From contig OZ024761.1 of assembly GCA_964016885.1 (NCBI GenBank), positions 11,780,001 to 11,844,000 of the forward strand: DNA of 64,000 nt, written 5' to 3'. The notes beneath the pieces are model-generated. The model worked only from the letters and a program-made list of their open reading frames with translations, did no database searches and was not told where the DNA came from. Shown one piece after another: positions 1-13,867 of the stretch (the first letter of the stretch is position 1; every line of letters starts with the position of its first letter). The stretch is from Eledone cirrhosa. Taxonomy: Eukaryota. The position numbers and the translations under genes were made by a program.

Positions 1-8
1 TCAGTTGG

Positions 9-137
9 CCAGGTGAGAACACCTGTTTATATGTGTTAGTACCTCACAGCCGTTATCACTTATCCAGGTGAGAACACCTGTTTGTAAGTGTTAGTACCTC
101 ACAACTGTCATCACTTATCCAGGTGAGAACACCTGTT
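9..137. repeat. Short tandem repeat, ~55-bp unit, ~2.5 copies
   Basis: ccaggtgagaacacctgtt recurs at about 9, 64 and 119. Confidence 0.8.
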
Positions 138-261
138 ATTACTTCTCCATTGTCATCAAACAATTGCACCAATTATCTTCCTTTCTGGTGCAGAAACAAC
201 CAGAAAACCCTCCTCTCCTCTCTCTGGTTAAAAAAATGAAATGAAATGTACAGCTTACACT

Positions 262-512
262 GATATAGGCATAGCTGACCCCTACAAGGTTGTATCTCAT
301 AGGTTTCTTGGTTGTTTTAATGATAGGGACCCAAGTCCTATCATACTGTTGTTACAGCTCATACCTTTGTAGGTTTAGCTGACTTCCTACAAGGTTGTAT
401 CTCATACGAGGTTTCTTGGTTGTTTTAATGTTAAGGACCCAAATTCTATCATGTTGTTACAGCTCACACCTATGTAGGCATAGCTGACTTCATACAAGGT
501 TTCTTGGTTGTT
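262..512. repeat. Degenerate tandem repeat, ~105-bp unit, ~2.3 copies
   Basis: ctgac..ctacaaggtt...ggtttcttggttgtt recurs three times. Confidence 0.7.
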
Positions 513-1532
513 ATGAAAAGCAATGTGAAATGAAGTGTCTTGCAGAGAAAACAATGCACTGCCCGATCCAACAGTCAAACCCAGGATTTTATGATTGTGA
601 GTCCAATGCTCTAACTATTAGGCCACATACCTTCACCTCTCTGTGGCTGTTGGCATGATGACAGATGGTTTTAAATGGATTGCAGGGAAAGTGGATGGAA
701 CTTGTAGAGGTAGGAGATATAGGACACAGGGGTAGAGATTTCTCTGGATACAGAGGTGATAAAAAAGGGCCGTGGTAATTGGAAAGGTTGTCCTAGAGAA
801 AACAAGCCCATCCAAGTAATTATGGTGAAACGAACATTAAAATAGTGATGGTGTTTGAAGCTGGGTAGTGTGTTATATATGTAAATAAGACAGTTATTGC
901 TCCAATCAGTCCACAAACACCCTAAACCGAGCACCAACCTGTACTCATGACTCCTGCCAAACCAAACTGAACTCACCCTCCAAATTTGACAAATCAAACA
1001 CTGACCACCCATCTTCCCAAACGTGGCATATGTAACCAGACTACAATAGCCACCTAATGGAGGAAGACAGATATCAAGTTGCAGCTAGTTCAACTACTGT
1101 CCTGTTATAATGGCGTGACACACCTGTTTAGTATATCTGTATGAAATGAAGGTAACACCCAAGGTATTCACCAGGCGTAATTCTGAACTACCAACAAGAG
1201 ACTACAAGACTCCATACATAGTCTACCTGACAGTTCACTTCAGTTCTTATTTATAGGCTTTTTGCCTAGTCCACTTTTAGCTACGCGAGGGGTGTTCAGG
1301 GGTTTTTTTTTCCCCACAACATGCCCGATACCTCTTTGATAGCCTCTCATCCCTCTATCATCTTTTTATCACCATGTCTCTACTATTCATTGTACCATTC
1401 TACTCATGTAACTTGGGGTGACAGTGGTTATGTTTGACCCTCTGCCCTGTTTATTGTACAATGCTGCCCCCTTGTACCATGGATATCCTGCAACCTGTCT
1501 GCATTCAGTAACCCACAGCTCCCTAACACTCT

Positions 1533-2199
1533 ACATCTCTCTCTTACCAGCTGCCATTCCCCCTACCTCAGGCCACATGTTGACATCTCTCTCTCACCAG
1601 CTGCCATTCCCCCTACCTCAGGCCACATGTTGACATCTCTCTCACCAGCTGCCATTCCCCCTACCTCAGGCCACATGTTGACATCTCTCTCTCACCAGCT
1701 GCCATTCCCCCTACCTCAGGCCACATGTTGACATCTCTCTCTCACCAGCTGCCATTCCCCCTACCTCAGGCCACATGTTGACATCTCTCTCTCACCAGCT
1801 GCCATTCCCTCTACCTCAGGCCACATGTTGACATCTCTCTCTCACCAGCTGCCATTCCCCCTACCTCAGGCCACATGTTGACATCTCTCTCTCACCAGCT
1901 GCCATTCCCCCTACCCCAGGCCACATGTCGACATCTCTCTCTCACCAGCTGCCATTCCCCCTACCTCAGGCCACATGTTGACATCTCTCTCTCACCAGCT
2001 GCCATTCCCCCTACCTCAGGCCACATGTTGACATCTCTCTCTCACCAGCTGTAATTCCCCCTACCTCAGCCCACATGTTGACATCTCTCTCTCACCAGCT
2101 GTAATTCCCCCTACCTCAGGCCACATGTTGACATCTCTCTCTCACCAGCTGCCATTCCCCCTACCTCAGGCCACATGTTGACATCTCTCTCTCACCAGC
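1533..2199. repeat. Minisatellite, 50-bp unit, ~13 copies
   Basis: Near-identical units acatctctctctcaccagctgccattccccctacctcaggccacatgttg. Confidence 0.97.
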
Positions 2200-2296
2200 A
2201 AACATGTAGCTTCTATTATTGCTGTTGAGGTGTTGACAGTGTCTAGTAGGTGGAGATGTTGGTCATGCAACATTGATGTTTGTCTTCATTATCTTG

Positions 2297-2496
2297 AGGG
2301 CAGTGGATTGGCAGTATCGGTAGAGGGTCGGATGCCATGCTTTCCAACATAGTTACGTCCCTTTACGATCTGAGTTCAAATCCCGCCGAGGTTGACTTTG
2401 CCTTTCATCCTTACGGGGTCGATAAAATAAAGTACCAGTAATACACTGGGTAATTGCTGGCCTTGTGCCTAACGTAGAAACAATTATCTTGAGGGC
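2297..2496 (+). mobile_element. tRNA-derived Nin/Deu-domain SINE with target-site duplication
   Basis: A-box-like tggcagtatcgg, B-box gagttcaaatccc and Nin core actttgcctttcatccttacggggtcgataaa..gtaccagt. Direct repeat attatcttgagggc at 2288-2301 and 2483-2496. Confidence 0.85.
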
Positions 2497-2571
2497 CCAT
2501 GATGAGGGTGGCATTGCATCTTTAAAAGGAAAGGGAGGGTCATACTTGATAGGGAGCCATCAGCCTCTATC

Positions 2572-2742
2572 ATCATCATTATCATTTTACATCCGCTTTT
2601 CCCTGCCTGCAAGGGTGGGATGGGTCCTTTTCAGCACAGCATCTCTCCATTTGTCACAGACCTTTGTGAGCTTCAGCGATCTGAGGTTAGCTCTCACCAC
2701 CTCCGCCCATGATTTTCGTGGTTTTCTCTATTGTGTCTTCCA
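2572..2742 (-). mobile_element. RTE-clade LINE 3' end fragment
   Basis: Homologous to 27992-28170 and 25140-25320. Ends in a gggaaaagcggatgtaaaatgat tail. Confidence 0.8.
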
Positions 2743-2816
<74 letters not shown>

Positions 2817-4097
2817 GCTGGCATGGGTTTGACTGGTTGTCACAATCCAAGGCAGGATATGGTTGGATAACTACATCTTACTCATAAGTTTCATATTTTA
2901 GCATGTTTTCTATCACTGGATGCATCTTATCATGTCACCACCACTAGAGAGGTTCTCATGTGCTCGGCCAGACTGCAGAGTCCTCTCTACCCTAGAGAAT
3001 GTCTCCAATCACAGAGTGTACTTGTGTTTTACTGTGGCACTGGCACTAGGTAGATTGTCAAGTTCTCGACAAGGCCAAAGGATCTATCTTCTCTACCCTA
3101 TGTTGACTCAGTTCAGTCATTAACCAATCCAATGTACTGCAGGCTACAAAGAGGACCTCACCACTTCATGCAGTCATTGATCCCTCACCATATTTACACT
3201 TAGCATCACTGTATGTCTATTTGTATCTATGTTTATGTTTGCCTGGATAAACCTTGAAAGCAGCTGCTCAATATGGGCCACAGTCCAGTGATTGAAAGTT
3301 AGAGAATGAAAGAATACTTAGGGTTTCTGAAGGTCTCATGGAATATTTGCAGCCTCTGTAGGTCTCCTAAGTCCTAGAATCTGCACCTGGGCATGGAAGA
3401 CCTGCAGTTATTCAGGTATGTTGTCCAAGGAAGAGAGAAAGGCCAATACAGTTTTGCACCAGTAACATCACAGCTGAACCCAGTGCAGGAAACAAGAGAT
3501 ACTGCAAGGCAATCATTATCATCATCATCACCGTTTAACTGGCATGGGTAGGACAGGCTTTCCCTTTGTGAAAGATCAGGTCAGGGGACCGTGATTCGCT
3601 CACACTGAACTGATTTTGGTCTGGTTTCTACAGCTAGATGCCCTTCCTAATGCCAACCATATTTACAGTGTGTGCTGGGTGTTTTTGGTGTTGTCAACTT
3701 GTTACAATTCTCCCCCAATCCCACTGCCCTCGACTGCTAGTTTATTTATCAACCAACCGAAGGAATGGAAGGCAAAATTATCCTTGATGGGATTTTAACT
3801 CGGAGCACAGACAATTCCAGAACAAATACCATAAAGCATTTAATACTGCACTTAACTCCCCCAATTTGCCACCTTATGAATGATTGCACCATCACCCCTC
3901 CTAAAGGTATGCAGATACACCTCTGTGCCTCTCCCATGGGTAACACTTTATGTTTGCGTACAGAGATTTTTCTGTGTTCTCACCCTCAAGCATAGTACCC
4001 CCTCTTTTTTCTAAAACTGTTATAATTTGACTGAGAGGGGTGAAAGGGAGTTTCTTCTCTTCCTCCAACGTATAGTAATGTTGGTTAGGGTGTTAGA

Positions 4098-5523
4098 GGA
4101 AATTACATAGTTATAGTCTAATGCCCTACTTGTGACTTTGTTTGGGGGTTAGTGGAAATTACATAGCTATAGTCTAGTGCCCCGCTTGTGACTTTGTTTG
4201 GGGGTTAGTGGAAATTACATAGTTATAGTCTAGTGCCCCGCTTGTGACTTTGTTTGGGGGTTAGTGGAAATTACATAGTTATAGTCTAGTGCCCCGCTTG
4301 TGACTTTGTTTGGGGGTGAGTGGAAATTACATAGTTATAGTCTAATGCCCTACTTGTGACTTTGTTTGGGGGTTAGTGGAAATTACATAGTTATAGTCTA
4401 GTGCCCTACTTGTGACTTTGTTTGGGGGTTAGTGGAAATTACATAGCTATAGTCTAGTGCCCCGCTTGTGACTTTGTTTGGGGGTGAGTGGAAATTACAT
4501 AGTTATAGTCTAATGCCCTACTTGTGACTTTGTTTGGGGGTTAGTGGAAATTACATAGTTATAGTCTAGTGCCCCGCTTGTGACTTTGTTTGGGGGTTAG
4601 TGGAAATTACATAGCTATAGTCTAGTGCCCCGCTTGTGACTTTGTTTGGGGGTGAGTGGAAATTACATAGTTATAGTCTAATGCCCTACTTGTGACTTTG
4701 TTTGGGGGTTAGTGGAAATTACATAGTTATAGTCTAGTGCCCCGCTTGTGACTTTGTTTGGGGGTTAGTGGAAATTACATAGTTATAGTCTAGTGCCCTG
4801 CTTGTGACTTTGTTTGGGGGTGAGTGGAAATTACATAGTTATAGTCTAGTGCCCCGCTTGTGACTTTGTTTGGGGGTTAGTGGAAATTACATAGCTATAG
4901 TCTGGTGCCCCGCTTGTGACTTTGTTTGGGGGTTAGTGGAAATTACATAGTTATAGTATAGTGCCCTGCTTGTGACTTTGTTTGGGGGTTAGTGGAAATT
5001 ACATAGTTATAGTCTAGTGCCCTGCTTGTGACTTTGTTTGGGGGTTAGTGAAAATTACATAGCTATAGTCTAGTGCCCCGCTTGTGACTTTGTTTGGGGG
5101 TTAGTGGAAATTACATAGCTATAGTCTAGTGCCCTGCTTGTGACTTTGTTTGGGGGTTAGTGGAAATTACATAGCTATAGTCTGGTGCCCCGCTTGTGAC
5201 TTTGTTTGGGGGTTAGTGGAAATTACATAGTTATAGTATAGTGCCCTGCTTGTGACTTTGTTTGGGGGTTAGTGGAAATTACATAGTTATAGTCTAGTGC
5301 CCTGCTTGTGACTTTGTTTGGGGGTTAGTGAAAATTACATAGCTATAGTCTAGTGCCCCGCTTGTGACTTTGTTTGGGGGTTAGTGGAAATTACATAGCT
5401 ATAGTCTAGTGCCCTGCTTGTGACTTTGTTTGGGGGTTAGTGGAAATTACATAGCTATAGTCTAGTGCCCCGCTTGTGACTTTGTTTGGGGGTTAGTGGA
5501 AATTACATAGCTATAGTCTAGTA
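4098..5523. repeat. Minisatellite, 56-bp unit, ~25 copies
   Basis: Unit tttgggggttagtggaaattacatagttatagtctagtgccccgcttgtgactttg. Confidence 0.97.
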
Positions 5524-5529
5524 CCGTAA

Positions 5530-6790
5530 TGATCTCTAATTTTGGCACAAGAGCAGCATTTTCATTTATATCGACCCCCAGTACTTGACTGGTACTTTGT
5601 CTTACTGACTTTGGAAAGAAGAAATGCCAAGTTGACCAAAACAAATATTGTTTAGTAGCATATTGTCCGAAACCCCACCACCCCTAACCTTCTAAATGAT
5701 GTGTATCTTTTTAACGAAATTTTGCATAGAAACTGTTTTAAAGGTGTAGATTACGATTATGATGATGGATCTTTTTACATTTATTTATATTAGACTGTCA
5801 GCGTCGGACTCCATGCTTCGCGTTATAGTTACAGCACTCTACGGTCTGAGTTTAAATCACACCGAGGTTATCTTTGCCTTTCATCCTTACGGGGTCGATA
5901 AAGTAACAGTAATGCACTGGGGTAATTGCTGGCGTTGTACCAAAAGTAGAAACATTTATTATTGTATAACTTCTATTCTGAATGACTGAATACTGTTGAT
6001 TTGTATTTGCAGTAGGCTGCAAACTGGCAGTCGTTAAGAAGTCAGAGAATTGTTTGCAGTATTTGTTCCGGCTCTTTGCACGCACAGTTCAAATGCCACC
6101 AAGGTCAACAATAACAAAAGTTACCAGTCCAGTATGGAGGTGTCTGGTTGGATTCTTCCTCTATATCTCTATTTCTCAATACCTCCCTCTCTCTGGAAGA
6201 AATTAGCTGTCCTCATAACTTAGTGAATGTATCAATAAGTTATGAGGGAACAAATTTGGTGTTGGGTAGAGGTAGTAAATGGTATGTATGTAGGGTCCCG
6301 TAACTCCTGATAGTCGTAGGGGTGCCATATTACTACACTATATAGCGTTTCTTGAACATTTTAAGCCTGAGGGAACCGGTCCCTCTCCAGGCCTGAGTAC
6401 AGCAGATTTCTTCCAGAGAAAGATAGAAAGTGAAAGAGAGGAAATGAGAAAGATATGGAGGAAGAATCAACCCCAATATTAGACTGGTACTTTTTTATCG
6501 ACCTCGAAAGGATGAAAGGTAAATTTGAACTCAGAGAGCCTGAACAAATACCATAAAGGAGTTACGGGACCATACCCATATAAGAAACTTTCTAATTTCA
6601 GCACAAGGCCAGCAATTTGTGTGTGGGGTGGGGATATAAGTCGATTACATTGACCTCAGTGTTTGACTGGTACTTTTTATTTTATCGATTCTCAGAAGTT
6701 GACCTCGGTGGGATTTGAACTGAGAATGTAAAGAGCCAGAACTTCTTTCCACAAGACCTGTCCAGTGCTTTAACAACACTGCCAATTCAA
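5530..6790. mobile_element. Cluster of degenerate Nin-domain SINE copies in both orientations (~5530-5690 -, ~5790-5960 +, ~6465-6560 -, ~6590-6790 -)
   Basis: Recurring gactggtactt..tttatcgacc..aaggatgaaagg and its reverse complement. Confidence 0.7.
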
Positions 6791-6997
6791 TTCCTTATAC
6801 AATATAAATAATGTCTAGAAGTTCAACTATTTTACATTCTTACATCCTTATAAACAATATATATACACACACATACTGCCTGTAACTATTGCACCTGCTG
6901 GAAATAGCTACACCAATTCCCTTAACTTGCAGCCTACCGTTTAAAAACAAGAGGATGCATTTGACTACACTACGTCATGTTTGAAATATATATATTT

Positions 6998-7161
6998 GTT
7001 AGTTTCAGAAGATCCCGTTAAGGGTGAAAGCAGCGATTCTTTGCTTAAACTTTAATCTGTTATTTTAATAAATATTTGCTCTACGGTTCTTATATATTTG
7101 ATATATATTTATACTTATCGAGCCCTCTTTGGATTTTAGTCTTCAAATTTATTATTATTAC

Positions 7162-7163
<2 letters not shown>
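6998..7163. mobile_element. One arm of the palindromic element family also at 39406-39705 and 63056-63293, embedded in (TA)n
   Basis: Near-identical to the right arm at 39560-39705. Confidence 0.8.
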
Positions 7164-7211
<48 letters not shown>

Positions 7212-8028
7212 GACGGCAAGGTTATGGTTGGAATGTCTTTTTTTTATTATTATTATTGGTTTGTTGCTTCGTCTCCATCTTATCAGGGCTGACTTGGCTG
7301 AACAACCATCACCAGCATCACCACCATCCTCATCATCCCATCCAAACTCTTCGCCTTCTGCCTCTATCTCTCTTTCTCTCTTTCATACACAACTACCACA
7401 ACAACCCCCACCGCCACTTCATCACCAAATGTTCCGTTCCCTCTTAAAATAAACTAATCAATGACAAGGGGAAAATTTGCTATTTGCACTCTCCATCCTC
7501 CTCCCTTCCCCCTTCTTCGCCTCTTCTTTTTCTTCTTCTTGCTCCTCCTCCTCTTCTTTAAGTCTTCAAGTCTTTTTGTTTTGTTTTTGGTTTGTGTTCG
7601 TTACTTATGTAAATATATTTAGATTCTAACAGTTGACTCTGTCGCTGTTATCATCATCATCGCCATCATCCTGTGTATGTAAGACAATGTGGTGTGAGTG
7701 TGTGTTATGTAGTCACCAGTTGTTTTGTGCCAGCATCTCACCACCACCACCGCCACCATCACCTCTGTCATCAACTTAACCAGCCAGCTTAACTATTGCC
7801 ATTGCTCTATAGACCCCTTAAATCACTCTTCTTCTCTTTCTTTTTCTCCTTCTCTTTCATCTCTGACTAATCAGTAATGAATGTATCATTCTCTCTTTCT
7901 CTCTCTCAGCCCCCCCCCCCCTCCTTCGATTAATTGCTGCTGCGGCGATGATGGTGGTGGTGGGGAAGGTAAAGGATAGTGTGGATAACGGCCAAGCTGC
8001 GGTGGCGGTAATGTTTTTATACAATGTC

Positions 8029-8104
<76 letters not shown>

Positions 8105-8276
8105 TTAGAATACCGTAGTTATTTAAAACATTTCCAAACATTAACTGAACAGCCAGCACTCAATATTGGTGGATAGAGTGTAGAAATATTTTAAGTAGGA
8201 AGGTGACAACGACTGCTTCGAAGTTTCAGCTTGTTCGCTTCATCTATAATTAATAAAATGGTCGTGTGTATGTCTG

Positions 8277-8316
<40 letters not shown>

Positions 8317-8894
8317 GAGTTGCTGCTGGAAAGACCGTTGTTCAGCTTGGTACTCGATACTTAAGAAAGTAGAGTATAAGGTATAATAATGAGTTCCTGC
8401 CCTGCGGTTGAGCTCTTGTCGTTTCGACTACGAGTGGGTAACGACAAGAGCTCAGCCGTAGAGCAGAAACCCATTGTATAATGTATGTGTGTGTGTGTGT
8501 GTGTGTGTACACATTCTATTTACATTTGCGACAAATTCTTCGCGTTAACGTGTTTACCGAAGACTGGGTCTTTGGAAACTCTTGGAATTCCTAACAGTAA
8601 CAGCTTTCTGAGTTCTCCCTACTTGGATTTTAAGGTCTCGCACGCGTAAGGCTGTTGTTTTAAATTAAATTAAATTAAATTTCATGGGTTTTTAGAAATT
8701 ATCTGAAGACGCTGCGAGTGAGAGATGTAAAACGTTTTGACAACTGTCAAGCTGGACTATTCACCATCACGACTTGTTTTACTTGTTTTGTTTTTGTTTT
8801 TCGTAGGGGGTAGGGATTCGGTGCCCCTTTCTCCCATCCACCCTTGCGTCATATTTTCATCTTTCTTTGCATACCTCTACCAGCATCAACAGCA

Positions 8895-9016
8895 GCACCA
8901 TCGTTACTGCCACCACCACCGCCTCCTCCATCGTTATTGCCACCACCTCCTCCACCATCGTTACTGCCACCACCGCCACCTCCCCCATCGTTACTTCCAC
9001 CACCGCCACCACCATC
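8895..9016. repeat. ~30-bp CCA-rich tandem repeat, 4 copies
   Basis: ccatcgttactgccaccaccaccgcctcct x4. Produces the spurious SLLPPPPPPP and poly-G ORFs. Confidence 0.85.
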
Positions 9017-9486
9017 CGTCTCAGTCCATATTTTCACACAACTTCCACTTAAGACGATTTCTATCGAAATCAGTTGTTTGTTTCTCTGTAACTCTTTCAA
9101 TGTATGTGTATATGTGTGTGTACACACACATACATTATATATATATATATATATATACACACACATATATATATAAAAACTATTTTGATGTCAATAACCG
9201 GTTGATAACATGGGTCGCGATTATAATAAGTGGCACCCTATATATATTCTTGATAACAATAACTGATTATAATAAGCGACTACCTCTCTCTCTATATATA
9301 TCTATATATCTATATATATTTGAGAGTGTGTTTGAAACCGCCTATATATATATATATGCATACATACACATATGTGCATATGCACACACAGATTTATATA
9401 TTTATATAACAAAAGAATTGTGGTAAGGAACCAGATGGACCATAACGCACCAGAGTACTCAATACTTAGGGTAGTAGAGTGGGAAA

Positions 9487-9596
9487 TAGGAAAAAGTATG
9501 ACCCCGACGGCAGAGCTCAAGCCGTTTCGACGGCTATTTCAGTCCAGAAATAGCCGTCGAAACGGCTCGAGCTCTGCCGTCGGGGTCATACTTTTT

Positions 9597-9600
<4 letters not shown>
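9487..9600. repeat. Near-perfect inverted repeat (~54-bp arms); related sequences at 8390-8472 and ~16220
   Basis: taggaaaaagtatgaccccgacggcagagctcaagccgtttcgacggctatttc / gaaatagccgtcgaaacggctcgagctctgccgtcggggtcatactttttccta. Confidence 0.9.
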
Positions 9601-9634
<34 letters not shown>

Positions 9635-10744
9635 TATATATAGAGAGAGGTGCGTGCGTGTGTTTAAATGATGCTAATCATATGCGACAACCACTTTTCT
9701 GCTACTTGTTTGCAACGCAGTCCCGCCAGCCAGCCAGTTGTTCTCTCCAACACAAACTACATTACACTATACTGTTAGAAGAAGGAGGAGGAGAACATGT
9801 TGAAGAAGAACTGTGTAGCTTGTTTATTGTTTAAATCCCAGGTCAGCAGCAGGCCTGCTGATCGAACACGTTCCGTTCGTGGCCATCTCCTTTGTATAAT
9901 TACACGGCTGCCTTGTTTAGTTTGTCTTTATTTTAAAAAGATGGTATGAGTGGTTTGAATGAAATGTTGGCTGCTATTTCTAGCACGTTGTTGTTTGTTG
10001 TGTAACTATTTTAGTCCGGTGTGAGTCCTGATCCAGTAGACCTATTGTGATCAAAGTCGTTCTAGCTGTAGCCATCCCGTCTTAAAATTGGCTTCTTTTA
10101 GTCAATTTGACTTATATATGCCCCCTAAAGTGAGATCTGGGCTTAAATTTAACACACACACGCACGCACGCACGCACGCACACACACATACATGTGTGTG
10201 TTATTATTTTATATATGTAGCATCATCTAATGTGTCATGTGTTTGGAAGAAAAATTTGGCAGCTATTTCTAGCAGGTCGGTAACGATCCAACGGGGTGGG
10301 TCTCTTACGATCAAAGGTGTTCTAACCGTGGCCATCCCATCTTTTATTGTATGTATATAACTAAATTGTCCAATGTGTCCTTCATTTGAAACATTATGGT
10401 ATGTATTTTGGCTGCTATTTCTAGCAGATCGTGCGGTTGCTTCCATTCACTGTTTCTTCAGTTTGGTCTCTCGTTCGTTCGTTTTTTTTTTCTCCCCCCG
10501 TTTTTCTCAGTTTCCGTAAGCTTTTTAATAAATATACATAAATATATATATAAAGCTGTAAAAACACACACAAAAACTGATCAAAATTGGATTTCTGTTT
10601 GAACATTTTCCCAAGTAAGCCATTAAAGGAATTTCTTACAAACTGTGGAATAACCATTTCTCATGACGACTCCCTTCTTCTACTCCTCCTCCCCCTCCTT
10701 TTTTTCTTCTCAATCTTCCACCCCCTCCCTTTCTTTAACATAGT

Positions 10745-10776
<32 letters not shown>

Positions 10777-10810
10777 ATAATTGTATTTGTATTAATACTT
10801 CAATTATGTT

Positions 10811-10854
<44 letters not shown>

Positions 10855-11901
10855 CACACACATATATATTAGTTTTGTTTTCTACTACCTACTTCATCAT
10901 GCTCTCTCTTTTAATACCTTTCTCTCTCTCTCTAATTGTTTGCTTTTTTTCCACCCCACCTCCACTCCCACTTTTTTTAATGTTCACCTCTCTCTCTCTC
11001 TACTTTCGGTATGTTATTCCTTGTCCTTCTCGTTCTCGTAGTGGCTATGCAGATATTTGCCATCGTGCACACATCGCTGTTTAAATTGATACTTGCTGCC
11101 AATGCGACGTGAGTTAATGCTGCTGCTTGTGGTGCTGCTGTTGTTGGTGGTGTTGATGATGGTGGTGCTGGCTGGCTGGTAGCATCATCATCATCATCGT
11201 CATCATCATTTTCATTTTCACCATCAACATCACTGACTGACTGACTGTATGCAACTTTCTTCTCAAATGTTGCTTGGTTATATTTTCCATGGTTTTTCAC
11301 CCCCACCTCCACCCCCTAGAATTGTCATCTCATCCCCTTCTTCCTCTTCCTTTCGCTACCATTGCTGTGTAACCCCACCCTTCTATCTGTGCAGCTCCAA
11401 AACTCCAAAGTGAATACCTATCTGCCTACCCTCACTTTTCTCATCATCAACATCGCCTCTGTAAGAATGTTTATACATGGTTTAGAGTAATTCAGGGAAT
11501 ATCAGTGGTTAGCTTCCTGTCCCCTTTGCTAACTCACTTCTTCCCAGTCAACCATTAAACTCTTGGAAAATTCTTTCGGCGATCCTGACAAGCCAGGTAG
11601 ATGTCGCTCACTTAAAGGTACAGGTTGTTAAATAGACATTAAATTGAGTTAGGATAAATATATAACTACAACAACAGCAAAATCCCTAACTAATGTCTCA
11701 ACAAGGCATTCGGCTATCTTGTTCCCCCTATTTTCAAAAACTATATTCATTCATTTTTTTCCATTTTAACTATATTCATTCTTTCATACGATATGGTGGT
11801 TTTAAAAGAAACCATCATAAATTAGAAAACAAAAAACCACCACCTTTCTCGCTCCACACACACACACGCACACCCACACGCACACACACACACGCACACC
11901 C

Positions 11902-11957
<56 letters not shown>

Positions 11958-12904
11958 CCGCTATGCCACTTACTGTAATTTTCAACATTCTATCTATCAA
12001 TTCAAGTTGGGTTTCTTCACTTCACTTAAGTAAGATTTCTGTCTTCTGGACAAACACAACGGTAAACAGAGATACAGAGACGAGAGAGGGGGGGGGGGGG
12101 GGGGAGAGATAGTTTGGCTTGATATGTCTTGTTTGTCTCTGTAATAAATGGAGAGCGGTGGGTGGTGATGAGGAGGGGGGGCAGCTCTTGTTCTAAACAG
12201 TTTTAAATAAATCAAAGACCCCCCCCCCCCCATCATCTAGCACTCCCACATTACAAAATGAAAACTGTGCCATATTTTTTTTTCTGTTGGTGATTTTTAT
12301 AGCTTTACTGACGATTACTGATAGTTGTGTTGTTGGCATTAGTCACCTCTTGGCGTTCTTTTAGAAAGTGTATATATATATCAATAATATTAATAAATGG
12401 AAGCTATCTTTATAAAACCATATTTATTTTAATATATATCTTTCAAGGGTACCAACATTTTGGTGCGCTCTCATCAGATAAAATACAAAAGTTGGTTTAC
12501 AGATAGTAATGTATTCAGACAAGAACATAAAATATTTCTTAATGATTTTTTACTTCAAAGTTTCGTCAACATTAGTGCATTACTGACAAATAAAGTACCA
12601 GTAATGCACTGGGATAATTGCTGGCCGTGTGCCAAAAGTAGAAACAATTATTATCACTTACACACACACTCATGGTCTTAATTCCTGTGAGAGTAATCTA
12701 CAATTAAAAAGAAGTTGGTATGGGCTATAAGTATGTGTATATATAATATATACACTCGTTTGCAGCTCTTGTTTCACTGACACTATTTGGAGTTTGTTGA
12801 AATCCTTTTACAAATAAATGAATTTGGTTGTTGCCTGAAGAATCGACCAGATGTAGAGAGAAACTCTGAGTAGCAACCGATTGTAATCCTCTGCTACAAA
12901 CATG

Positions 12905-13650
12905 TATCATCATCATCATCATCATTTCCATTTAATGTCAATTTTTCCACGCTTGCATGGATTAGATGGGTCGTCCACACTGGAAAGCAAGTCTGACCAG
13001 CCAGAGTTGGTCATGTGTTGCACCTTGCTCCAGTGAAGTCTGTAAATTTGGCTGGGTATTTTACAGCTGGATGCCCTTCCTAACACCAACCACGTTTATA
13101 TATATAGATATATAGTTGTATATATCATCACCATCGTTTAACATCTATTTTCCATGCTAACATGGGTTAAACATGTTGTCCTGCCGCGAGACAAGCCAAA
13201 TCAAATTACTATGTCTTGTTCATACAGAACTGCTTCGGGCTGGATGCCCTTCCTAATGCCAAGCACATTTACAGCATGGACTGGCTGCTTTTTATGTGGC
13301 ACCAAATTGATCAACTGACTGGTGCTTTTTGTCGTGTATATACACATCCAAATGCTGTAATAAAGTATCACTGGTTTCATGATAAAACACACCCAGTCCA
13401 CTCTGTAAGAGGGTTGTCCTAGTGCCACGACAAAAAGCACCCAGTACACCTCTGTATGGTGGTAGTGCTTGTGCCACGAATATAGCTCTCGGTATGCACT
13501 GTAAGGTGGTTGGGAGTAGGAAGGGTATCCAACCCAAATATGTAGCAAATGAGCAAGACTTGGTCAGCTGACCAATCTGGCCTCATAACATGACTGCCAG
13601 TCTAACCCATACTAGCATGGAAAATAGATGTTAAACTGTGAGGATGATAT
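12905..13650. mobile_element. Cluster of SINE-like elements with an RTE-type (GAT)n tail (two -, one +); other copies at ~3515-3690, 15420-15820, 22680-23140, 26140-26260 and 58530-58670
   Basis: Shared motifs cacccagtacactctgtaaagtggttgg..ttaggaagggcatccagctgta and gcatggaaaa..gacgttaaa(tga)n. Confidence 0.7.
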
Positions 13651-13652
13651 AT

Positions 13653-13867
13653 CCCTTTAGCATTTAAACCGGCCATATCCCGCCAGAATTCTCTCACTTC
13701 TTTCTGTTTAAACTGGCTGTAACTGGCCACTCATACTGATATGGTACTGTGCTCAAAATAAATATCAAAATCTCATAGATTCAATATCATGTGAGATTAA
13801 TTATGTAAGATAAATCTTTACTGCAAAAATACAATAGTAAATATAGAGTAATGTAAATGCTAAAGGG
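13653..13867 (-). mobile_element. piggyBac-type MITE family A (~215 bp), minority orientation
   Basis: TIR ccctttagcattta...taaatgctaaaggg followed by ttaa. Confidence 0.85.

Noticed and set aside
2297-2390. tRNA gene calls at SINE heads (also 29037, 34865, 57581)
   Set aside because: Only A/B-box remnants with no cloverleaf, and they are followed by SINE body sequence.
8737-9426. Poly-Pro or poly-His ORFs resembling a formin FH1 region
   Set aside because: Explained by a ~30-bp CCA-rich repeat running into (TA)n. No donor site or neighbouring domain exons.
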